A stretch of DNA of 62,967 bases, filler included, from Octopus bimaculoides (lineage: Eukaryota), in the NCBI RefSeq assembly GCF_001194135.2. It is 5 parts of 5 records of this genome, joined end to end, with 100 filler letters (N's around TTAATTAATTAA, not from the genome) between each part and the next. Parts side by side here need not be neighbours in the genome. Positions count along the whole stretch, not along the records: positions 35,192 to 54,619 come from NC_068996.1; 4 more parts are not named here. One strand, written 5' to 3'. The position numbers and the translations under genes were made by a program. The notes beneath the pieces are model-generated. The model had not been told where the DNA came from, ran no database searches, and was given only the letters and a program-made list of their open reading frames with translations. Below are positions 39,600-50,667 of this stretch, piece after piece (the stretch's first letter is position 1; every line of letters begins with the position of its first letter).

Positions 39600-39990
39600 G
39601 ATGAACAAGAAGAGACACATAGAATAAAGGTTCGTTGAAGAGGTTACCGGATGTGACGAAAGAACTTTGACAAAGAAACTAAAATAAGGATAATAAAGCT
39701 GAAGTGAAGACCAAATATACAGTGCGTGTGTTTAATTAGCAAAATATAGCCATCCATAAGTATAACAACATATACATATATATATGTGTGTGTTTGTAGA
39801 AAGATAAGATAGAATAAACAGAACAAGAGGAGACACATGAGATAGAGAGTCGCTAAAGGGGTCAAAGAATTTGTGACGAAAGAGTATTGACAACGAAACT
39901 AAAATAATGCTTATAAAGTTGAATTTAGAGCCAAATATATACTGCACGTGTTTAATTGTCAAAATATGACAATCCCCAAGCATAACAACA
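39600..39990. repeat. Diverged tandem duplication, unit about 220 bp
   Basis: TGTGACGAAAG...TTGACAA.GAAACTAAAATAA...CCAAATATA...GTGTTTAATT...ATAACAACA occurs twice. Confidence 0.75.
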
Positions 39991-40749
39991 AAGATTTTGA
40001 AATTTTTCGAAAATTTAAAAATGTCGGAACAAGACGTAATAACAATTATTGATGTCGGAGAGCGGTTTGAAGTTGTTCTATTCCAGAGAAAACTACAGAT
40101 GACCTATGGCAACAGAACATCGCATCAGTGTAAGCTAGTCAGTGCTGAAAAAAATTTAATGTTACATCAAAATAACGGAATTTTGTCTTGTGTCAGCAAT
40201 AATGGTAACAACACCAACAACAATAACAACTAAAGTAACGAGATTGTGAACAACAGTAACAGTAGCTGCAACAGTAATAGCTCTAGTAACAGCAACATCA
40301 ACAACCAGAACGAGAATAGTGACAACAGCTAGAACGATAAGGAAAATAATAATAGCAATGACATCAAGAACGAAATCATTTATAGCAAAATAAGCTATAG
40401 CAGTAAAGACAACTAAATCTGTTTGCAAAAAATTAGCGATAAATGAATTTGATTTTTTTCGCGGGTAGCTAGCCAGTGGGTCATTCATTCAGTAGAAAAT
40501 TTGAAAAAGAAGCCTTTTAATATACACAAAATATTGTTAAACCAGGAGTAACGTTTCCCATTGAGAAAGAAAAGACAAACTCCTAAAAATAAACAATTTT
40601 GTATTAATGCATCCGTAGAAAAGACAAGACTTGTACACCCTACGCAGACAGAAACAGAAAAAATGTCTAGAAGATGAATATAAAGGGATGGTAGCTGCAA
40701 GAAGCTCGAAGAATGGCTACAATAGCCTGCAATGTACCTCCCAAAGTTT

Positions 40750-41060
40750 TATTATGATATTTCTTTATATGGATAAGGAATTAACTTGAATTTGAATTAA
40801 GAACGTGCCAGCAAAAGTCTTAGTAATGCTGGAGGTACATGAGAGATTGTGGAGGTAAAATTCACTTCTCATCTGAACACAGCTAGGTTTCTGATGGAAT
40901 TCCAGGTACAAGTCGCCTCGGAAGATGTCACTCGCATTCCTGATTTTGTTCTCTCTTTCGAGCAATGCGAGCAGATGTCGGTAGTTATAGAGTGCAGGAA
41001 ACGCAAATATATTGTGTGTTAAAATTCAAATCACTTCAAAGCTACCAATTCCACCAAAAG
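40750..41060 (+). pseudogene. Possible decayed LINE ORF1 (zinc-knuckle region)
   Basis: QVASEDVTRIPDFVL...MSVVIECRKRKYIVC*NSNHFK resembles a broken CCHC ORF1; lies upstream of the Tx1-like APE. Confidence 0.3.
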
Positions 41061-41639
41061 AAGCCCTCCCTCATGCACAAGTAATAGAAAATAGCAAAAC
41101 AAACACAGATCCACATATTTCCTCTGATTTAGGCCACAAGGAATCAATAAACACACCGGGAGTGCAAAGACTTATGAAATCGCTCTAAAATGCTTTTGTC
41201 AAGGACAAGACGAAGAATTAGACACACAAAAAAATTGAGGTCGATCCAAATTGAAAGTAACGAGACCCAATGAAAAATTCGAAAACATATCACAAAATCA
41301 CGCCCCAATAAGCATCAACACCATTATCACAATAGCAAAACCAACTCCTACAAGCACGTTCACAACCATAAATTCATAATAAATCAGGAAACAAAAACAA
41401 ATTCTCGAACAACAACATGATCACCAGTTACACATCCTCGCACTTACATCCTACTTAAAATTTCATAAAATATTAAGTGTTCATAGTGCTGTTAGAAAAT
41501 ATGAGTCCATGAATTGTAGGCGAAGCAGCGAGAGTCTAAATAATAACTTCATTCTCAGTAGGTTCGAGTTTTCCAGAACGTATGAAGGCTGACTAGAAAC
41601 GTTATTATTATTAATATTGTTGTTGCTGTTATTATCATT

Positions 41640-41821
41640 ATTATTATTATTTTATGTTTGACTTTTTTTTTGCATTTGTACAAGTTGGATCCAAGTCTCA
41701 CCCAGAGACCTCAAGAGACAACAAGTTAGAAGTTCATGTAGGTGTTATGNNNNNNNNNNTTTTTGTTATGTATTTGTCTGAATATCTTTTTATTATACCT
41801 AAGGCACCTACTATGATAGGA

Positions 41822-41830
<9 letters not shown>
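41640..41830 (-). mobile_element. R4/Dong-like 3' end fragment
   Basis: IPIIVGALGIIKRYSDKYIT, plus a 3'UTR homologous to ~37540-37640; (TAA)n on both sides. Confidence 0.75.
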
Positions 41831-41858
<28 letters not shown>

Positions 41859-41860
<2 letters not shown>

Positions 41861-42173
41861 GTGATATCAGTTTTGTCTCGTCACAAGATTTTTGTTGCTT
41901 GTGTCTATTGCTCTGAGGTTGGTAGTGCATGTGGAGTCTGTCTGTGTTGTAAGTGGTAGTGCTGGTGAAGTTGCTAACAACAACACTAGTAATTATAAAG
42001 TGATGGTATGTTGCCAACTTAATGTGGCAATATACCATCATTTTATAATTATTATTGTTGTTTTTAGCAACTTACAACATAGACAGACTCCACAAGCACT
42101 ACCAACCTCAGAGCAATAGACACAAGCAACACAAATCTTCTGCCACATCTTAGAGACAAAACAGATATCACAA
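41859..42173. mobile_element. Foldback/MITE-like element (315 bp, arms about 155 bp, 8-nt loop, TA flanks)
   Basis: TA|TTGTGATATC...TTGCCA-ACTTAATG-TGGCAA...GATATCACAA|TA. Confidence 0.8.
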
Positions 42174-42214
42174 TAGATGTTGCCTTCCCAGCGCAAAACG
42201 CACCACCACCACCA

Positions 42215-43200
42215 CACATGCCTTTAGACTAGTTAGTGGTTGCCTATGCTCCGACAGGGGCAGGGCGGTCGGATTACTTCAAGCGTCTGGAGGCTTTCTT
42301 GGCAACGTCTCGCACTTTAGTACTAGCAGGGGATTGGAACGCTGTCTTAGATGAACGTTTCGATCGCGTGGGAGTATCTGATAGGAGAGGCGGGTGCAAA
42401 AGCCTCACAAACCTACTCAGACGTTTTCAATTTTCTGATAGGTACCGACTAGATAACACGAATGCACCAATGTGCACTCGGACAAATCGCATCGGGTCAT
42501 CTAGATCGTATTTAGATAGAGTATTCTGTACGCCAGCGGATAAGGATTGTATAGTTATTCTGCAATTTCACATAGTCGGCTACACAGACCACAAATTCTT
42601 GATCTGTACGATCGACTTAGATAGGCTCCATAGACAGGATCTGGTTACTGGAAGCTGAACACATCTTTACCGACGTGCCAAGCTTACAGAGACCAGATTA
42701 GCGAATTAGTTAAGCAAACGTTGATGGGGGCGATCGTCAACAACAACTGGTGGTTTGCTCTTAAAAGAGCAATTAGAGTAGTGTCGATTAGGATTAGTAA
42801 AGCATTGGCGGTAGAGAGAAATAGAATAGAGGGAGATTAGGTAGAAAGTTAGATGAGGCGCTTAGGACAGGCACCGCAACCAGCGTGTTGGCGGCGAGGT
42901 TATCCCTCGACCAATTTTTAGACGACAGGCACGAAGGCTGAGTTGTCAGATCTAAGGCACGTTCACTAAGCGGGGAGGGGACTAAGGTCGCTCGATAGGC
43001 CCGCGTAGTGGAAGCGAAATGTGGCAATAAAGCCACCATTCGGATTTTGGTGGACCAGATAGGGCGTGAGATATTTGAACCGAAGCAAATGTGTGCGGCC
43101 TTTCAGCAGCATTTTGTTCGACTGTTCGAGACAAGTGGTAGGACGGGTAACGTGATAGACTTCGGTGTGTACCTGGACGGCCTGCTACAACTCTCTGTAT
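42215..43200 (+). pseudogene. Tx1/L1-like LINE ORF2 AP-endonuclease and linker remnant
   Basis: VVAYAPT...VLAGDWNAVLD...DRYR...SYLDRV...TDHK...(G)YWKLNTSL. Confidence 0.88.
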
Positions 43201-43225
43201 GTGAGCCCTTGTGGCTAATAAAAGA

Positions 43226-43239
<14 letters not shown>

Positions 43240-43270
<31 letters not shown>

Positions 43271-44207
43271 GGTTATTATTATCACCACCATCCTCTTCTT
43301 TCAATCTTGATTCTATTTCTTGCCGAGTGTCTTCCCGACACCTAGCGCAAAGAAACTCACTGTATACGTTGGTACGTGTTAAAATAAACACACCAGTTTG
43401 CTCATTTTGAAAATTCTGTTATAGCAAAAAAAGTAAAAAAAAGAAAATGAAAAAGAGAAAAAGAAAAAGGAATAAAGAAGATAGAAAAGAAAAAAGAAAA
43501 CAAAACAAAAAGAAAAAACTCACAGCGACAATGTTTTTCTCAATACGTGCGCTGTAAAAGTTAAGATCATCTTTTGCCCTTCTTGCATTGGTGATAAACC
43601 AGGGAACATTCTCAAATAATTTTCATTTCCTGTTCTGATCAACTGCTCCTACAATCACTGGCATTGTAACCGCCCTGAGATGCCACATTTTTTTCGATTT
43701 CAATGATCAGATTTTTATATTTTCTGAGCTTGTCAAATTCTTTTGTGAAAATATATTATGATCACAAAGAATGCTCATATCGATCAATAAACAGACTTTA
43801 TTATTTTGGTCTTTCACAATAATATCTGATTTATTAGCTTTGATGGTCTGGTCTGTAGGTACTGGAAAGTCCCAAAGCATCGTTACATTTTCTCCCCAGT
43901 TACAGCCTCAGAGTGGTGCTTATACAATTTGTCAGCAGTCTTTATTTTATAATGCCGACATATTAACCAGTGCAGATACTGTTCAACTCTGTTATCTCTT
44001 GATTTATACTCCACTGGTGCTAAAACTTTACACTCAGGGAGCAGGTGGTCCTCTGTTTCAATCTGATCGTTGTAGAATCGGCACTTTGGATCCACTCAAT
44101 TTTTCATCATTATTGGCTTGGTAGTTTCTGATCAATAAGCTTTGATCTTGAACACCTAAAATGAAGCCTTTGCTCTCTGCTTCTAGCTCTGAGCTCCGTA
44201 CCCATTG
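43240..44207 (-). pseudogene. R4/Dong-like non-LTR C-terminus (zinc knuckle and REL) with 3'UTR
   Basis: QWVRSSEL...ILGVQDQSL...CRFYNDQIETEDHLLPEC...LHWLIC...MLWDFPVPTDQTIKANKSDI. Confidence 0.85.
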
Positions 44208-44473
44208 TGTTATAACGTAATTTGTTACGTCAATAAATAAGATAACGAGACAATAGTAACAACAATGTAACGAACTAACTATTCTCTTTACGAACCAACA
44301 ATTAAAAGATTCCTTGTGAACTAACCAACCGACACCTTCCGACTTCACTGCGAACTAACACAAACTTCACTCGACTCCAAACACTGAAACCCTAACTCAC
44401 TCGGATCGTTACTATTTATATTTTACTCGAATCAGTCTATCACTCGCAAAGGGGCGTCGTTACTCTCATCACA
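44208..44473 (-). mobile_element. Gypsy 3' LTR (266 bp) preceded by a PPT
   Basis: TGT...ACA termini. Minus-strand AAAAGAGA directly precedes TGTGATG. Co-oriented with, and downstream of, the integrase remnant. Confidence 0.65.
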
Positions 44474-44779
44474 TCTCTTTTGAGATTTCGACTACTGTCA
44501 GAAAGTGGAATTTCTTTTCTTTAAATTTTTTTCTTTAAATTTTTTTCTTTCCAGCCCCTCTCCCACTTTTTATTTTAGCTGTTGTATCTTAATTGTTGCC
44601 CGACTTTTAAGGCAGTATTGCTCATTGCACACAGCACTTTTTTTTTCGTTGTATGAAGCACTCATGTTATCACTCTTAATTTTTTCTTTTCTTTTTTTTG
44701 AAAACTTAATACATTTTTTGAAAATTTAATACTTCCATATATTCAGTCTGTTTTCGTTTTCTGAAGCTAGTTCTACGGG

Positions 44780-46800
44780 GTTCAATATCTCTTGGTGCTG
44801 GTACTTCAAACATATCATAGAAGACTTCCATTGATATTACCCTTCTGAATACCTCATCTTTAACTGGTGAAGGTGTCTCTTTTGTTCCAAATGTTGTCCT
44901 TTAATTAAATACATCATGTTGCCTAATCTTTTGATTCCACAGCCATCCTCTCAACCTTCTTCACTATTTTTGTAACTTCAATGTTTTGTAATATTTCTTG
45001 TAATCCCTTCAAATGTATTTTTAGTTTTTCCTTTATATGTATTTTTCCTGGCAATAATTTATCGAAGATCGATTTTATTTTATGCGTGAGCAATAACTCT
45101 GCTGGTGACTTTCCTGAATTAGTATTTAGGTTTGATGTTCTATCAAGTTGAGTAAAATGTAAGCAACGTTGTGAACCATTTGTACCAGATTTTTGCAGAG
45201 TTAAAAATTTTTTAAAACATTTCTTTTTTTTTTTGCAATTGTCTAATAATACAGACATAGACTTACCCAAATGCCTCAATAAATTAACACTGATGTTTTT
45301 TTCACCGTTGTTACAATCATCGGAAATGGAACTGAGCGCAATATTCGAGTAATTTTGCTATTCAACTTTAAAAAAAGGACGTAAAGCAGCTAAAACTGCT
45401 CGCGACATCAACGAAATGTTTGGTGAGGAAATGACCTGAGCCTTGAAGATCGTGAACATAGTGGACGCCCAACTGTCATCATGTACGGTCAATTAAAAAC
45501 TGTCATTGAGAAAGATTTACTACTCTTCCGTCCCAGACTGCTCAACAGAAGAGAGCCAATCATTCTTCATGACAATGCTCGACCACACGTTTCACTAATG
45601 ACGCTTACCCAGCTTATCTTCCAGACCTTTCTCCTGCCGACGACCACTTTTTCAGGCGCCTTGATAGTTTCCTGCGAGAGAAGGAGTTCAAAAATCAAAC
45701 CGATGCTGAAAGTGCGTTTAAAGAGTCCATCAGCTCCAGAACTCCAGATTTTTATGCTACCGGAATAAACAAACTTCTTTCTCGTTGGCAAAAATGTGTT
45801 GATTGTAATGGTAGTTACTTTGATGAGTAAAAATTCTCCATTGTTGAAATATATTGTGGTGAATTTCATGTTTCAAAGCGCTGCTTACTTTTTACTCAGC
45901 CTGATATATACTCTCGTTCCTAGCTTTTCTTAGAGCTCTTTTGAACGTGCCGAAAGATCTTTCTGCCTGCCCATTCGAACTCACGTAGCAGGGTGGGGTG
46001 AAGATGTGCTTTATGGCATGTATTTTGCAGAAATTTCTTAATTCATATCTCGTGAATTGTGTTCCATTATCTGAAACTAATGCGTTTGGAACACCTTATC
46101 GAGCAAATAACACGAGTAGGAACTTCATTGTTGTCTTTGCTGTGAGTTTATTACATCTGCGTACCTTTGTATAGCTATCTACAACGATTAAATAGTATGC
46201 GTCGTTCACTAGTCCAGCGTATTCGATATATATCCTGGACCATGGTCTCTCAGTCTTTGTGCACAGACCTAGTTTATCCGAGAATACTAGCGGAACCATT
46301 TTAAAATATTTTTCTTTAACTCGCCAGACAAATTATTTTGAGAGGGACAACCATTTACATTTTAACAATAGAGATTTATGGTCTCTTAAATTGAATAATT
46401 CTAACCAATTGACACCCAACAGATCAGTTGCATTTTTAACGATGAAGACTTTAGCCTTGCATGTTTTCCCTCGAAATGTAACATTAGTCCACATTTCGCT
46501 TATGAAATGTAATTTGTCGCCCGTTACGCTACGTGCAGAATTCATTGTTTTACTCCATATAGGTTTCCCTATTTTCTTCCATATGTCCATATTTATTATT
46601 GAAATATCAATTCCAGTATCCAATTGAAGTTTAATACATATTCCATTTATTTTTACGTGTATAAATTTTCTTATTTGAGATTCGATTTTTCTTTCTGCTG
46701 AGAAGATTTTTAACGTTTGACCTTCGTAATTTTGTTTTGTAGTGTGTTACAGCTGTTAAGACATTGTCCTTTCTTCGGTCACTAGATGTCCTTTTTAATT
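44780..46800 (-). pseudogene. Gypsy (Mag-like) internal remnant: protease, integrase, RT/RNase H missing
   Basis: LDTGIDISII...LLGVNWLELFNL (protease); PWSRIYIEYAG...YLIVVDSYTK...FGVPNALVSDNGTQF (integrase); KSPAELL. Confidence 0.85.
45310..45907 (+). mobile_element. Internally deleted mariner within the Gypsy integrase
   Basis: KGRKAAKTARDINEMFG; ILHDNARPH; GINKLLSRWQKCVDCNGSYFDE*. Right TIR CTTACTTTTTACTCAGCCTGATA; left TIR not found. Confidence 0.85.
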
Positions 46801-46878
46801 TTTATTACTGATATGACATAATATGTCATATGTGTTTGCATATTGGTTTTTATTGTCCTGTCCTCTTANNNNNNNNNN

Positions 46879-46939
<61 letters not shown>

Positions 46940-47164
46940 AATGCAAGGAGACAAGCTCCTCTCATACAGATGTAAAACATCCAATTTTCACTGCTTAACT
47001 GTATAATACCCAATATATGATATTTAGCGGAAAAAAACTTTCTACAATACAATTGGGTATATATACACAATGTACAATAATAAAAGGAAAATGGAGACTT
47101 TAAGCTGACATATATTAATTTATTACCATAATTATTATTATTGTTATTATATAAAAATAAATAT

Positions 47165-47265
47165 AATTCCTACAATTGTTTCGATTCAAACCACAAAACC
47201 AATAACAAATATGTAAAAATTCATATTATGGAAATGTTTTGGGTAAGAATCTCATCAGGGTAAAA
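47165..47265 (-). ncRNA. Type I hammerhead ribozyme, intact core, extended stem II
   Basis: TTTTACC-CTGATGA-GATTC-[59 nt, incl. CAAAAC/GTTTTG pairing]-GAATC-GAAAC-AATT-GTA-GGAA. Stem III region ACAATTGT is palindromic. Stem I is weak. Confidence 0.7.
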
Positions 47266-47334
47266 TGGACGAAAATCACATATTGATTCAGTCTGTTTTA
47301 CGATATCAAACTTCTCATATGCGATTTTCGTCTG

Positions 47335-47435
47335 GTTTACCCTGATGAGATTTTTACTCAAAATATTTCCCTAACATGAATTTTTATAAATTCGTTGTTG
47401 GTTTTGGGGTTCGAATCCAAACAGTTGTAAGATTA
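47335..47435 (+). ncRNA. Mirror hammerhead copy, probably inactive (G12 to C)
   Basis: TTTACC-CTGATGA-GATTT...GAATC-CAAAC-AGTT-GTA. Confidence 0.5.
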
Positions 47436-48265
47436 TATTTATTTTTATATTATAAGAATAATATAACATCATATTAATGAATTAACGTGTGTCAGTTGAA
47501 ACTCCCCATTTTCCTTTTATTATTATTATTATATATATATGTGTGTATGTTTGTGTNNNNNNNNNNNNNNNNNNNNNNNNNNNNNNNNNNNNNNNNNNNN
47601 NNNNNNNNNNNNNNNNNNNNNNNNNNNNNNNNNNNNNNNNNNNNNNNNNNNNNNNNNNNNNNNNNNNNNNNNNNNNNNNNNNNNNNNNNNNNNNNNNNNN
47701 NNNNNNNNNNNNNNNNNNNNNNNNNNNNNNNNNNNNNNNNNNNNNNNNNNNNNNNNNNNNNNNNNNNNNNNNNNNNNNNNNNNNNNNNNNNNNNNNNNNN
47801 NNNNNNNNNNNNNNNNNNNNNNNNNNNNNNNNNNNNNNNNNNNNNNNNNNNNNNNNNNNNNNNNNNNNNNNNNNNNNNNNNNNNNNNNNNNNNNNNNTTG
47901 GAAAACATCTGCTTCATCCTCGTCTGTTCCTCTTTGTCTTTCTCCTCATCCTCGTCGCCGCCACCGCCACCGCCACCGTCTTCGTCGTTCGTTCTTCTCC
48001 TTATCCTTCTCATCTTCTTTATTATCATCATCGTTCTAATTAATGACACTTAATCATATTTCGCTTCTTGATTGAAAATATTGATCTCTCTCTCTCTCTC
48101 GCTCTCTCGACCTATCTCCCTTTTTATTCTCATTCTTCAAATCACTTTCTCTATTTGCCTGTCTGTCTGACTATTTATTCATGTATTCTCTGTCTGTCTG
48201 TCTGTACACACACACATACACGCACACACGCACATACACACACGTATATATTTACATGTTATATA

Positions 48266-48313
<48 letters not shown>

Positions 48314-49179
48314 ATTGTGTATCTAACTAAATATTTATTCATCTACCTCCGTTTTATTCTCTGTCTGTTTATCAATCTATAAATTTACTATTACACATAT
48401 TTGCAAATATAACAAGACATATAAAGATAAAACACACACACCACACGCACACACTAATATCGATACATGTACACACACACACACGCACACACACATAGAG
48501 AGAGAGTGAGAGAAAGAGAGAGAAAGAAAGAGAATGAGATAAATATTTAGATAGAAATCTATATACATGTATGTATGCCAGTAAGTATTTACACATTCAC
48601 ACACTTACATATGTATATATGTCTATATACATATATATATTTACATGCATACGTTCGTACATCTTTTTATTGTATTTTAGTCCTGCAACTAAAGAATTCG
48701 AATGAACAGAATACTCGATGAACATAACTATCTTAACACTTTCTCGTAGCCACAAATCATGGTGGCAATCCAATGGATGAAACCAGTAAATAGATTGAAA
48801 GGAAATACACATACATACACAATGCACCCATATGTGAGTCTGTGTGTGTGTGTGTGAGTGTATGCATGTGTCGATCTATATATATGTCCATACATATATG
48901 CACGCATGTATTGGTGTGCGCGTGTGGGTAACAGGTGTTGTTGCTGTTTGCGTGAGTTACCCGAGTTGCCCGAAGTGTAACTCTTGGGGATTCTATTTAT
49001 TTATCAATTATTTATTTCTCTAATTTCTATTTATATATCCTTTGTCATATCTTTTAATAGTGTAGTGTCTTCCTTTGATCGATGTAAAGCCTACCTGTTT
49101 TTGTGTGTTATATCTCGTTCTTCGAGAGTGCCCTTCATGTTCTGGTCCTTGTAGTCAATAAATATTATTATTATTGTTA

Positions 49180-49305
49180 TTTTCAAATTCCGCCGAGGTC
49201 GACTTTGCCTTTCATCCTTCGTGGTCGATACAATAAGTACCAGTTGAACACTGGGGTCAATGTAATCGACTCATCTTCTCCTCCAAAATTGCTGCCCTTG
49301 TAGCA
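49180..49305 (+). mobile_element. SINE family B, 3' part
   Basis: TTCAAATTCCGCCGAGGTCGACTTTGCCTTTCATCCTT...AAGTACCAG. Confidence 0.75.
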
Positions 49306-49329
49306 AACTGCTGTCAGAGGTTTCACAAG

Positions 49330-49690
49330 GTCTTTTCCTACAAACTAAAAAACTTGGTATTCAAATTATAAAACTTGGTACACAAACACCAATCTTTAAC
49401 TTCTCGCTGTTCCCAACGGAGTAGTTTTTTGAACATTCTCAGCCCTCAAATCAATCCTAATTTCTCCGACATATTTCTCGAACTGAGATGATAATTATTC
49501 TTTTCATTGCCCATATTTTTCAATTTTGTCTTTTAGTAACTTCTATTTTTCCACCATTTCCAGCTCTTTGTCACAGGTATGGCAATATCTATGACCTTAA
49601 TTTCCTTTTCTCTTTCATCCACTATAACAATATCTGATCTCCGAGTGACAATTAGACAGTCACAGTGAAAAATTAGTTATTTCGTAATTC
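49330..49690 (-). pseudogene. REL-endonuclease non-LTR remnant, heavily decayed
   Basis: RRSDIVIVDEREKEIKVIDIAIP on the minus strand. Confidence 0.6.
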
Positions 49691-50517
49691 AAGACCGGAG
49701 CATATTCTTACTTTCCTTGAAGTTACCCGACAATATATGTATTTTTTTTTTCACATCTATAATTGTTTGAATGCTGATGATTCAAACAAAATGTCGGATT
49801 GAAACATGTATAGGATTTCTTCCGGATTTTTGGGGTTGTTTTTTATTTGATCCGGTTTCTTTTATCCTTATTCTTATATGTATCACTTTTACTTTGCATT
49901 ACATCTCCATTGTGATACAAATAAAATAAACCAAGTATCTATTATATTTTTTCTTCATTTTCTTTTATTAACTTTATAACTTATTAGGCTGTATATACCT
50001 ATATATTGAGGAACTATCTTTCAATATACGTGTTATAACCAGTTAGCATCTGAATTGTTATCAACAATCCCTTACAGGGAAATTGCATCTCTAAAATTTT
50101 GAGTGTATATATATATATATATATATATATATGCATTGCATATCTGTATATATATCTGAGACCCNNNNNNNNNNNNNNNNNNNNNNNNNNNNNNNNNNNN
50201 NNNNNNNNNNNNNNNNNNNNNNNNNNNNNNNNNNNNNNNNNNNNNNNNNNNNNNNNNNNNNNNNNNNNNNNNNNNNNNNNNNNNNNNNNNNNNNNNNNNN
50301 NNNNNNNNNNNNNNNNNNNNNNNNNNNNNNNNNNNNNNNNNNNNNNNNNNNNNNNNNNNNNNNNNNNNNNNNNNNNNNNNNNNNNNNNNNNNNNNNNNNN
50401 NNNNNNNNNNNNNNNNNNNNNNNNNNNNNNNNNNNNNNNNNNNNNNNNNNNNNNNNATATATATATATATACATCCCTCTTCATCTGACTCCCCTCCTCT
50501 CTTCTCTTCTCGTGTTT

Positions 50518-50556
50518 CTTTCTGTTGAAGAACGTAGTAGGCTCGAAACGTAAAAG
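50518..50556 (+). ncRNA. Minimal hammerhead-like motif (PLE type), degenerate
   Basis: CTTT-CTGTTGA-A-GAAC-GTAGTAG-GCTC-GAAAC-GTA-AAAG. Stem I 4 bp, stem II 3/4, loopless palindromic ACGT stem III; A6 replaced by U. Confidence 0.45.
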
Positions 50557-50667
50557 CCTTTCTCACCTTCCCAAGCGTCAAACTTATACACCTGCTTGTC
50601 GTTTATACTCCTGTCTTCGTCTTTATTCACCGCACCATGTATATATGTATATAAATATATACATATA

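Larger units (their letters stand above)
47076..47525. mobile_element. Inverted-repeat element (arms ~47076-47286 and 47315-~47525) with a hammerhead motif in each arm
   Basis: The arms are imperfect reverse complements around a 28-nt spacer. Confidence 0.8.

Noticed and set aside
49774-49814. CTGATGA...GAAACATGTA hammerhead-like word order
   Set aside because: No stem I, stem II is not closed by G-C, and a competing 10-bp hairpin (TTGTTTGAAT/ATTCAAACAA) sequesters the core. At best a heavily decayed relic.
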